From the NCBI GenBank assembly GCA_964360585.1, contig CAYHXC010000008.1:8-64007 (forward strand): a stretch of DNA of 64,000 nt, in the 5' to 3' direction. This document shows positions 56,498 to 64,000 of this stretch, piece after piece (the stretch's first letter is position 1; the number at the start of each line of letters is the position of its first letter). This DNA is from an uncultured Candidatus Saccharibacteria bacterium (GTDB lineage Bacteria > Patescibacteriota > Minisyncoccia > UBA6257 > 2-01-FULL-56-20). The position numbers and the translations under genes were made by a program. The notes beneath the pieces were generated by a model, which worked only from the letters and a program-made list of their open reading frames with translations, did no database searches and was not told where the DNA came from.

Positions 56498-59179
56498 TTA
56501 AATTGTTGCCAACGCTCTCTCGTGCATTCGGGAGAGCGTTTTTCGTATCTCTTCTAGAACAAGGACGGAAAACGCTACTGCTATGGCCACACCCCATTCG
56601 TTCAAACTCAAGGGAACAGTGTGGAGATACTTCTGCATCAGCGGATGATAGATCGCAAAAATTTGGAGAACAAAAACGAGCGCAGTCGCTCCCACCAACG
56701 CTCTATTTTCCAAAAGACCGGACGAGAAAACTGACTTGCTCTCGCTCTTCGCATTCCAAGCGTTAAACCACTGGAAGATCGCGAGCGTGGTCAACGACAT
56801 CGTGAGCGCTTTTGGCATATCGGTCGGAAAATAAAACGAAAAAATATAGATTGAGCCAACAGCAATAATCGCTCCCATAAAGATCATCCGGAGCGTCATT
56901 CCGAAATCAACAATATACTTCGATGGCTTTTTAAACGCACCATCCAAAAGTCCTTTCTCCTTGGGCTCCATGGCGAGCGCTACGGTTAGAAATCCGTCGG
57001 TCACGAAGTTCAGCCAGATAATCTGCGTTGGTAAAACGGGCAGTGGGAAACCGAGAAGCATGGCGCCGACAATCGCAAACACTTCACCGATACTTGTTGA
57101 AAAAAGATAGAGAATAACTTTCTTGATCGTTTTATAGATATTTCTCCCCTCCTCGACCGCCGCAATAATATTTCCAAAATTATCATCGAGAAGAACTATA
57201 TCCGCCGCTTCTTTGGCCACCTCCGTTCCCACCTTCCCCATCGCCACACCAAGATCAGCCGCCGCGAGTGACGGCGCATCATTTACCCCGTCGCCGGTCA
57301 TCGCCACCACCTCGCCTCGCTTTCTAAAAAGTTCAATGATCCGCATCTTGTGATCGGGCGCCACGCGCGCAAAAACACTCGTGTGTCCCAAGCGGCTCAG
57401 TAGTTCACGATCGGAAAGTTTTTCCAACTCCTCACCGGTAATGATGCCGTCGTGGTCATCCGCCAGGCCTGCCTCGTGCGCAATTGCCCGGGCCGTCACC
57501 ATGTGATCACCGGTCATCATAACCACCCGAATCCCCGCCTGTCTGGCCTCAAAAATTGCCTGCTTTGCTTCTTCCCGCAAAGGATCTTTGATCCCGAAAA
57601 AACCGCCAAAAATAAGATGGGGCATTGTCTCTCCTGAAACCGATTCCGGTCCGTCCGCCAGATAGGCGAAAGCCAAAACACGCAAACCATCTTTCGACAT
57701 CTCCGAAAAAACATTTTCGAGGTCAGCTTTCCGTTCGGAGGTAAGCGGAATTGACCCCTCCTCTTTCGCCACACGATTACAAAAACCTAAAACCCGTTCC
57801 GGCGCTCCCACCACCGTTAAAAGATGCGCCGTGTGGAGTTTGTGAATCGTGGCGTGATACTTCGTCGTGTAATCAAACGGCAACTCGAAGATTTTCGGCG
57901 ACTCCCGCTCACCATCCTTAAAACCGACCTTCCGGGCAAACACCTCAAGCGCCGCCTCGGTCGGATCACCGGAAACTTTCCAGATCTTTTTTTCTTCGAG
58001 ATACATGGCGTGGGCGTTGGCCGAAAAAAAGGCCGATCGGGCGGCGAGCAACAACCCCGGATGATTCAGCGGCTCAACCGGCGATCCATGAAAAAGAACA
58101 TCCCCTTTTGGCTCATAGCCGACACCCTGGACTTCAAATGTTTCTCCGCCGACATACACTTTCTGAAGCATCATCTCATTCCTCGTGAGCGTACCGGTTT
58201 TATCGACGGCAATTATTTTCGCCTGCCCCAAAGCTTCAACCGCCTGCATTTTTTTGACTAGCACATTCTGGCTGGTCATCCGCCAAACGCCGGTCGCAAG
58301 CACTAAGGTCATCACAATCGGCAATCCTTCGGGGATAACTGAAACGGCCAGCGAAATTGCCGTGGCCAGCATTGTTTCAAATGACTCACCCCTAAGAACG
58401 CCAAAAACCACGAGCCCGCCACTCATCACAAAAACCACAGCAATAATCGCCCGGGACAAAAGTTCAATGCTCCGCTTCAATGGCACTTCCGTATCAATAG
58501 AAGCTACTGCTTCAGAAATTTTTCCAATCTCGGTTTTTACCCCCGTCCGAACAGCTACTGCCCGGCCGTGTCCCCCAATCACATTCGTTCCTTTAAAGAC
58601 CATATTTTTTTGGTCAGGAATCGAAATCGTTTCACGGGGCAGATCGTCCGCAATTTTTGATACTGGCACTGACTCGCCCGTCAGGCTCGACTCGTTCAGT
58701 TTTAAAGACTCTGAAGAAATGACCCGTGCGTCAGCCGGCACCTTGTCACCCTCCTGGAGAATAAGAATATCGCCCGGCACAACCTCCCGATCGGGCACAA
58801 CCATAATCTCACCCTCACGCATCACCGACGCCGATGTCTCCACAAACTGTCGCAAAGCAAAAAGTGTTTTCTGGGCCTTTCCTTCTTGAATGGTTCCGAC
58901 AATCGCATTAAAGAAAAGAACAAGGAGAATAATCACGGCGTCAACCGTCTCTCCGGTATAAAAAACCAAAGCCGCCGCGCCGATCAGGATATAGATGAGC
59001 GGACTCAAAAACTGGGCAAGAAAAATACGAACGACACCCGGCGCTTTTTTGTCCGGCAAAGCATTTGGACCATACTCCTTGAGACGTCTCTTTACCTCCT
59101 CTGCGACAAGTCCTGACTCTTCCGTCTGAAAAGCAGAAAAAAGATCCTCTTCCGAAGCCGCGTACCAAGCTGTGTCCAT
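56498..59179 (-). CDS. P-type ATPase (Ca2+/cation-transporting, type IIA-like)
   Basis: DKTGTLT, MTGDHMVTARAIA, VAMTGDGVNDAPSL. Confidence 0.9.
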   Translation of the reverse strand: MDTAWYAASEEDLFSAFQTEESGLVAEEVKRRLKEYGPNALPDKKAPGVVRIFLAQFLSPLIYILIGAAALVFYTGETVDAVIILLVLFFNAIVGTIQEGKAQKTLFALRQFVETSASVMREGEIMVVPDREVVPGDILILQEGDKVPADARVISSESLKLNESSLTGESVPVSKIADDLPRETISIPDQKNMVFKGTNVIGGHGRAVAVRTGVKTEIGKISEAVASIDTEVPLKRSIELLSRAIIAVVFVMSGGLVVFGVLRGESFETMLATAISLAVSVIPEGLPIVMTLVLATGVWRMTSQNVLVKKMQAVEALGQAKIIAVDKTGTLTRNEMMLQKVYVGGETFEVQGVGYEPKGDVLFHGSPVEPLNHPGLLLAARSAFFSANAHAMYLEEKKIWKVSGDPTEAALEVFARKVGFKDGERESPKIFELPFDYTTKYHATIHKLHTAHLLTVVGAPERVLGFCNRVAKEEGSIPLTSERKADLENVFSEMSKDGLRVLAFAYLADGPESVSGETMPHLIFGGFFGIKDPLREEAKQAIFEARQAGIRVVMMTGDHMVTARAIAHEAGLADDHDGIITGEELEKLSDRELLSRLGHTSVFARVAPDHKMRIIELFRKRGEVVAMTGDGVNDAPSLAAADLGVAMGKVGTEVAKEAADIVLLDDNFGNIIAAVEEGRNIYKTIKKVILYLFSTSIGEVFAIVGAMLLGFPLPVLPTQIIWLNFVTDGFLTVALAMEPKEKGLLDGAFKKPSKYIVDFGMTLRMIFMGAIIAVGSIYIFSFYFPTDMPKALTMSLTTLAIFQWFNAWNAKSESKSVFSSGLLENRALVGATALVFVLQIFAIYHPLMQKYLHTVPLSLNEWGVAIAVAFSVLVLEEIRKTLSRMHERALATI

Positions 59180-59257
59180 ATCATTTATTTTATCACGAAA
59201 AAAAATAGGACGGCTTCCGCCGCTTATTGAAACCCGAGTGCATTTATTTCCTCAACA

Positions 59258-59362
59258 AAAAGCACCAGCTACAAGGCTTGTCCGAGCACTGCTAGCGAAC
59301 TGTACTCAACGTACAGAGAGTGCAGCGCGGAGGACGTAACGCAGTAACTGGTGCTTTTTTGT
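59258..59362. terminator. long nested hairpin (~100 nt) flanked by A- and T-runs; bidirectional terminator or small RNA
   Basis: aaaaAGCACCAGCTAC...CTGTACtcaacGTACAG...GTAACTGGTGCTtttttt. Confidence 0.4.
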
Positions 59363-59370
59363 AGAAAATC

Positions 59371-59625
59371 CTAAGAGAGGTGTTTGGAGACCAATTTAGT
59401 CATCTCAAACATACTAACGGTCTTTTTTCCGCCGAAAACCTTCAGGAGCTTCTCATCGGCATTGATGTTTCGCTTATTCTCTGAATCCTGCAAACCGTGC
59501 TTTTTGATGTAGACCCAGAGACCTTTCACCACCTCCGAGCGCGGCATCGGACCCTTGCCAATGACTGCCTCGAGTTCATCACTCAAGTTCATCGGCTTCA
59601 TAAACGCTGAATTCGCTTTTGCCAT
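59371..59625 (-). CDS. SWIB/MDM2 domain protein
   Basis: LSDELEAVIG...RSEVVKGLWVYIKKHGLQD...MFEMTKLVSKHL. Confidence 0.65.
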   Translation of the reverse strand: MAKANSAFMKPMNLSDELEAVIGKGPMPRSEVVKGLWVYIKKHGLQDSENKRNINADEKLLKVFGGKKTVSMFEMTKLVSKHLS

Positions 59626-59768
59626 ATGTTTTTAGGTTTATTTAGACTTTCATTAAGGGTACCCTACTCTCGGAAAAGGGCAAGTTAGCCCATCCCCACC
59701 TTGTCAATACAGGAAAACCGACCCATTTCCCATTATTTACAAATTCGCTTTCTCATTCTATTGTCTTT

Positions 59769-60014
59769 TTGGCAATATCTCTTCACCTCGGAGGTATACT
59801 CATGGCGGAACCGGAACCATCACTCCTAACCCTGCTGTGGCACTATATTTGGTACAATCTGTGGTTTTTGTATGTTCCTCTCAGCTTCGTGGGACTGTTC
59901 GTTCTTACTGGGTTTGAGCCCCTTGCGCTCATTCTCCAAAGCGGCGGAGGGACTATCTTACTCCTCTTCGTTATCACTGCCTTCCTCTGGAAGCAAACCA
60001 CCAGGGATCCATAA
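59769..60014 (+). CDS. small membrane protein (81 aa)
   Basis: Three hydrophobic helices; hairpin + T-run follows. Confidence 0.35.
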   Translation: MAISLHLGGILMAEPEPSLLTLLWHYIWYNLWFLYVPLSFVGLFVLTGFEPLALILQSGGGTILLLFVITAFLWKQTTRDP

Positions 60015-60030
60015 TCGGATCCTTTTTTGT
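60005..60030 (+). terminator. rho-independent terminator
   Basis: GGATCCataatcGGATCC + TTTTTTGTTTT. Confidence 0.55.
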
Positions 60031-60366
60031 TTTCCCAAATAAAAAGCCCAGCATTTCTGCTAGGCCGTACTTCGGCGACGATACTCGGTCACCCGATATG
60101 GCTTCTGGTCCCCTTTGGGAGGAAAATTCTTGAGATCTGACCTTCGGCCCTCGATCAGACCATGCCCTTGGAGTTGTTTGAGATAGCGTCGAAATCTTTT
60201 CTTGGGACCACCGAACTTAGGGATGTGGGGTTGCCGCCATTCGGTGAAGCTCAACATTGCGAGAATATCTTTAGCTCGGCGTGACGGTCGGAACATGATG
60301 GACTCCTTTCTGGAGGTAGATTATGGATCGCCCCTCATAGAAAGTCAACGGAGAAAATACCGAAGA

Positions 60367-60564
60367 TCAATTCTTTTTCTTCCGCCCGACCGCCTTATAC
60401 CGTCCGGGCTTGCCTCGCCGAAGCCTCTCGGCATAGGCGGGCCAGCAAATCGGACACACCGGTTGATCCTTGCTCTTATAAAACCGATGCCCACGACTAC
60501 AGACCTTGTAGTGAGCCTGTCGAACCATCGTTAACTTTCCTTTTATCTTTCTCGGGGCAGGCAT
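60367..60564 (-). CDS. small basic zinc-ribbon-like protein (65 aa)
   Basis: CxxGH...CPIC pattern; Lys/Arg-rich. Confidence 0.35.
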   Translation of the reverse strand: MPAPRKIKGKLTMVRQAHYKVCSRGHRFYKSKDQPVCPICWPAYAERLRRGKPGRYKAVGRKKKN

Positions 60565-60660
60565 ACTTACAGCATACCAAATACACTCGTGAATTCTCCA
60601 TTAGAATTGACACCTGTACAGGCATAATTTAATCTACAGCCAGCACGAAAGGAGACAGGG

Positions 60661-61410
60661 GTGGATAACCTTCAGGAAGAAGCTCGAATGAATTTCGAAG
60701 CTCTCCTAAAAAATCGCTATCCCGGACGCAGCATTGTCATGGGAGGCGATCCTTCTGGCGAATACGTGATTCAAGTCTACTGGATCATGGCAAGGAAGGA
60801 AGAGCATCGTAATCGGGTGCTGGTGGACCGAGGTGACCGCATCATGACTGACGTCGCCGACACCACAAAGCCACGAAGGGACTCTTCAATCACCATCTAT
60901 AACGCCATGCGTGAGAGAAAAGGGTTCTACGTGGTAAGCAATGGCGAGCATACCGATACAGTGCTCGAGCAATGCATGGATGATGGATTTGAATTTTCCC
61001 ATGCGATGCGACATCTGGAATACGAACCGGACAAGCCCACGCATACTTCTCGGATAATGGCTATGTACTGTCACGATCCGATCACCGCTCTTCAGCCTTA
61101 TTTCCAAATCGGAATCGTGCGGAAATCCGCCCATGGAGCAGGTTGCGAGAGAAATGTCTATCAATACGACTCCTTCCCTCGGGGCTTTGGTGTCTGCATC
61201 ACGACCTACAAGCATGACGGCGATCCTCCACCGACTTTCTGCAACGATCCATATCTCCTGCGAATCGCCTACACAGATCCATACACGATTGCTTTGCAAT
61301 TCTGGAGTGCGCTGGATGAAGAAAACCGCGTCGCTCTGGCGGTAAAATCCATTAACGTCAAAAGCGGCGAAAGCACCTTCAAGATCATCAACAAGTACAA
61401 GAAAGTATAA
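60661..61410 (+). CDS. archaeal-type IMP cyclohydrolase (PurO family)-like protein
   Basis: GFYVVSNGEHTDTV block recalled from the PurO family; N-terminal YPGRSIVMGG; alternative ATG 27 nt in. Confidence 0.45.
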   Translation: MDNLQEEARMNFEALLKNRYPGRSIVMGGDPSGEYVIQVYWIMARKEEHRNRVLVDRGDRIMTDVADTTKPRRDSSITIYNAMRERKGFYVVSNGEHTDTVLEQCMDDGFEFSHAMRHLEYEPDKPTHTSRIMAMYCHDPITALQPYFQIGIVRKSAHGAGCERNVYQYDSFPRGFGVCITTYKHDGDPPPTFCNDPYLLRIAYTDPYTIALQFWSALDEENRVALAVKSINVKSGESTFKIINKYKKV

Positions 61411-61440
61411 CCACCGCCCCAATCGGTGGTTTTTTATTTT
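61411..61440 (+). terminator. rho-independent terminator
   Basis: CCACCGccccaatCGGTGG + TTTTTTATTTT. Confidence 0.7.
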
Positions 61441-61517
61441 CATAACATCTAAGCCTAATCATTGTCATTGCGCCTGTCCAGCCAGGGAGGAGTAAAGCGA
61501 CGTGGCAATCTTTTACC

Positions 61518-61904
61518 CTATCTTTCCCAAACTGTATCAGTTGGCGCAAAATCTACCTGGTACTCTGGAATACCGAGAGCAATACCATACTCTTTCGCAT
61601 CTTTATATAAAACTGGATTCGCTCGATCAACTTTAAAAACTTTATCCTTGTAGATAATGTAATGGTACTTATCGTTTTTATAATCAGCGTACCAGTAGTT
61701 TCTGTCGAGTGCTTCGCTTACTTTTTTCGTTACCTCATCAATTTTATCTTCAACAATTTCCACAGTATGCAATGTCCACTGTTTCAACCACGGCGTTTTG
61801 TGCTTCTCCTGAATCGGATCCACCTTTGTGGAAATAATTTTCACCTCGTTCAAAACGGATGCATCGCATAAACTCTCTTCAATAATAATTCCGCGGTAGT
61901 TCAT
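61518..61904 (-). CDS. hypothetical protein (128 aa)
   Basis: ORF with plausible composition; no motif recognised. Confidence 0.4.
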   Translation of the reverse strand: MNYRGIIIEESLCDASVLNEVKIISTKVDPIQEKHKTPWLKQWTLHTVEIVEDKIDEVTKKVSEALDRNYWYADYKNDKYHYIIYKDKVFKVDRANPVLYKDAKEYGIALGIPEYQVDFAPTDTVWER

Positions 61905-61910
61905 TGCGTT

Positions 61911-62498
61911 TCACAAAATCTTTTTTCGAAGGTAAGGCGAAAAATACTTCAAATACTTTTCCTGAATATCTTTCCTCTGCCAATCGTCCGGACTGATTCT
62001 TTTCCTGCACGCCTTCGTGCCACACCGACAATCAAACCCATCATAAGCCGTTTCACAAAAGGCATAATCAAAAACCAACTCCTCTCCTGGTTCGATATCC
62101 CGCATCGCGATAAAAACAGTTGAACTTGAAAAACCAATATTGGGTTCACACGAATGGTTAAACACTCCGTACTTTTCCAACTCTTCTCGCGTAGTCGGGG
62201 CGACAAAAAAATCATCATCGATCTGAATCCCAACCTGAGTCATCAGTCCTCGATATTCCCGTATGTCCTTCCGATGAACAATAACGCCGCCAAGCACACC
62301 CACTGGCTCGTCTTTCAAAATCTTTTCTTTAGTAAAAACACCTGTGCCCTCAATACCCGAAGGCCGCGATTCTGCTTTTGGATTCAACCACCGATGCCCC
62401 CACCGTTCGTGTAAATCTTGCATATTTATTTCACCGGCGAGTAAAACACTAACTTGTATCCGTCCGGATCTTTGACCACGAACTCGCGCTTGCCCCAT
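61911..62498 (-). CDS. SET domain protein (putative lysine methyltransferase)
   Basis: SET signature FNHSCEPN and GEELVFDY; Cys-rich post-SET. Confidence 0.75.
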   Translation of the reverse strand: MGQARVRGQRSGRIQVSVLLAGEINMQDLHERWGHRWLNPKAESRPSGIEGTGVFTKEKILKDEPVGVLGGVIVHRKDIREYRGLMTQVGIQIDDDFFVAPTTREELEKYGVFNHSCEPNIGFSSSTVFIAMRDIEPGEELVFDYAFCETAYDGFDCRCGTKACRKRISPDDWQRKDIQEKYLKYFSPYLRKKIL

Positions 62499-62800
62499 GA
62501 CCAGGTTTTCGGTTCGGTCCGTGGCTCAACATCACTCTTTTTTACAAACTCAAAATACTGATCGACGTCATCAACTTCGACATAGGTATAGATTCCTAAT
62601 CCTTTTGGCGTTTTCCCAGACTCATTCTGAATCGCTGTAGTGTTCTCATCAATAAAAGCCAGAGTAAAATCCCCCAATTTGACCCGCACCCCATCATTGC
62701 TTTTCTGCGGCTCAAAACCAAGCTTCTTATAAAACTCAAAAGTGTTCTCCAAGTTACTAGCGTAGAAAAGATTGGAGTGTAAACGTTTGATCATATTCAC
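62426..62800 (-). CDS. VOC/glyoxalase family protein
   Basis: 124 aa betaalphabetabetabeta-like pattern. Confidence 0.55.
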   Translation of the reverse strand: MNMIKRLHSNLFYASNLENTFEFYKKLGFEPQKSNDGVRVKLGDFTLAFIDENTTAIQNESGKTPKGLGIYTYVEVDDVDQYFEFVKKSDVEPRTEPKTWSWGKREFVVKDPDGYKLVFYSPVK

Positions 62801-62878
62801 TACCCACTATACCTTCACCCTCCCAACTTTTCCAGTAAAAAGCTGAGGGGCAAGTCCCTATACCCTTTACCCTATTCC

Positions 62879-63250
62879 CTAGTTTTTGCTGTAATCAAAC
62901 CAGACAACTTCGATATTGTGGCCGTCGGCGTCGTGAACAAACGCAGCGTAATATCCTGGCCAGTACTCTTTGCGATACCCTGGCACGCCGTTATCCTTCG
63001 CGCCCGCTTCTAGCGCCGTTTTGTAAAACGCATCTACCTCTTCCTTATTCTTAGCCTCAAAAGCCACGTGGCTCGGCACGACGCCTTTAGGATTCGTCGA
63101 GATCCAAAAATCCGTATTCTTCCCATCGTTAAATCCCGCCGCCTCGCCGTACTCCATATTCTGTTTGTACCCCAACGTCGCCAAAACCTTGGTATAAAAC
63201 TCCTTCGCCTTCTGATAATTACCGACGGGCAATGATGTATGTGCAATCAT
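62879..63250 (-). CDS. VOC/glyoxalase family protein
   Basis: 123 aa; second VOC-like paralog in tandem. Confidence 0.55.
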   Translation of the reverse strand: MIAHTSLPVGNYQKAKEFYTKVLATLGYKQNMEYGEAAGFNDGKNTDFWISTNPKGVVPSHVAFEAKNKEEVDAFYKTALEAGAKDNGVPGYRKEYWPGYYAAFVHDADGHNIEVVWFDYSKN

Positions 63251-63363
63251 AGGAGTAGTATAGCAGATACTACAATGAAAATTCGGCTAGGAATTACAAA
63301 GGAAAAGGCGCCGTACCCGAAGGTCGTGCGCCTGATGCAATACTACGAACTTGCCGTTCGTTC

Positions 63364-63900
63364 CTAGCTGGGAATCGGGCCCGGGCGAATTCCCCACTCG
63401 TCGTACTTCTTGTTGAAGACGGGGGGATTCAGACGCCACATCTGGCCGCGATTCTTGGGGCTTTCGAGAAGGACATCGCCGGGATTGATATCCACGGGAC
63501 CTTCAGCCGTCTCGAACTTTCCCGACTCGGCGATGACACCCACCACGATGGCCGGCTTGGTCTTCGTCGCTCGGTAGAGCGAGACGTCGTAACCCTGCTT
63601 CATCCAGAAGTCGTGGATGATACGGCCGCGCTCGTCGTCTTCTGGACGAACGGGAGCGACGATCTCGTAAAACGTTTCGTGCTCGTTGTTGGGGTAGATG
63701 TCGTCCGGCGTGAGCCCGGTGATCCAGTAGCCTTGTCCGGCATCAACTTCCTTCATACCCCCACCCCAACCTTTGGGCAAGGGAAAACTCGCCTTCCCTG
63801 GCACCTCGCAAACAACCACTTCGGCCCCAGGCGCCGGAAACGCGTGCCCACTCGTACCGTTCAGCAACTTCGGCAAATTGGACGAACTGAAATTCCTCAT
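63364..63900 (-). CDS. hypothetical protein (~178 aa)
   Basis: Start set at internal ATG 5 nt after GAGGAGG. Confidence 0.45.
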   Translation of the reverse strand: MRNFSSSNLPKLLNGTSGHAFPAPGAEVVVCEVPGKASFPLPKGWGGGMKEVDAGQGYWITGLTPDDIYPNNEHETFYEIVAPVRPEDDERGRIIHDFWMKQGYDVSLYRATKTKPAIVVGVIAESGKFETAEGPVDINPGDVLLESPKNRGQMWRLNPPVFNKKYDEWGIRPGPIPS

Positions 63901-64000
63901 CACTATCCTCCTCAAAGAGCGTTTGATATCGTGGCGACATGCCAAGATTCGGCTTACATTATACTACTATTATATATTCTGTCAAGCTTCATTGTACAAT

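Noticed and set aside
1-64000. CRISPR arrays, rRNA, tRNA, integrases, transposases
   Set aside because: No regularly spaced direct repeats, no tRNA T-loop/acceptor signatures (GGTTCGAATCC-type) and no recombinase motifs were seen by eye; absence stated with the caveat that no search tool was run.

Overview
This 64 kb window is densely coding on both strands and appears to come from a small-genome bacterium. I found no rRNA, tRNA, CRISPR array, integrase or transposase. It falls into four parts.

1. An accessory island (~0.6-14.2 kb) begins with a Fic/Fido gene, an AT-rich membrane ORF and a NADAR (YbiA-like) gene. It continues with a compact set of nucleotide-centric genes interleaved with three copies of a small YdeI/OmdA-like gene; this set is the most likely candidate for an undescribed nucleotide-metabolite or nucleotide-signalling conflict system. 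The set comprises two tandem divergent LOG/SLOG-like Rossmann proteins, a 644-aa protein with a C-terminal Pol-beta-type nucleotidyltransferase domain, a divergent adenylosuccinate-synthetase (PurA-family) homolog, a vWA-like protein, a divergent kinase-like protein and a nucleoside 2-deoxyribosyltransferase-like protein.

2. A region of membrane and secreted proteins follows, covering SPFH, a methyltransferase and an FNR-like reductase, then gpsA and a glpK-like gene. It is punctuated by a palindromic MITE-like repeat family with TTTTGAGATGGGTTCTAG termini.

3. A ~10 kb locus encodes a 2580-aa multidomain surface protein and a 685-aa type IV pilin-like LamG protein. It lies between two near-identical, inverted 168-bp copies of that repeat.

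4. A housekeeping block completes the window. It holds PIN-PhoH, a NUDIX hydrolase, Obg and DgkA, then zwf, a short gnd, a canonical LOG and two cupin genes. Further along are TruB, UppP, MscL, rRNA methyltransferases, a Ca-type P-type ATPase, SWIB and SET domain proteins and a PurO-like IMP cyclohydrolase.

Most gene ends carry rho-independent terminator hairpins. Some start sites and all non-ORF coordinates are read by eye and may be off by 1-2 nt.
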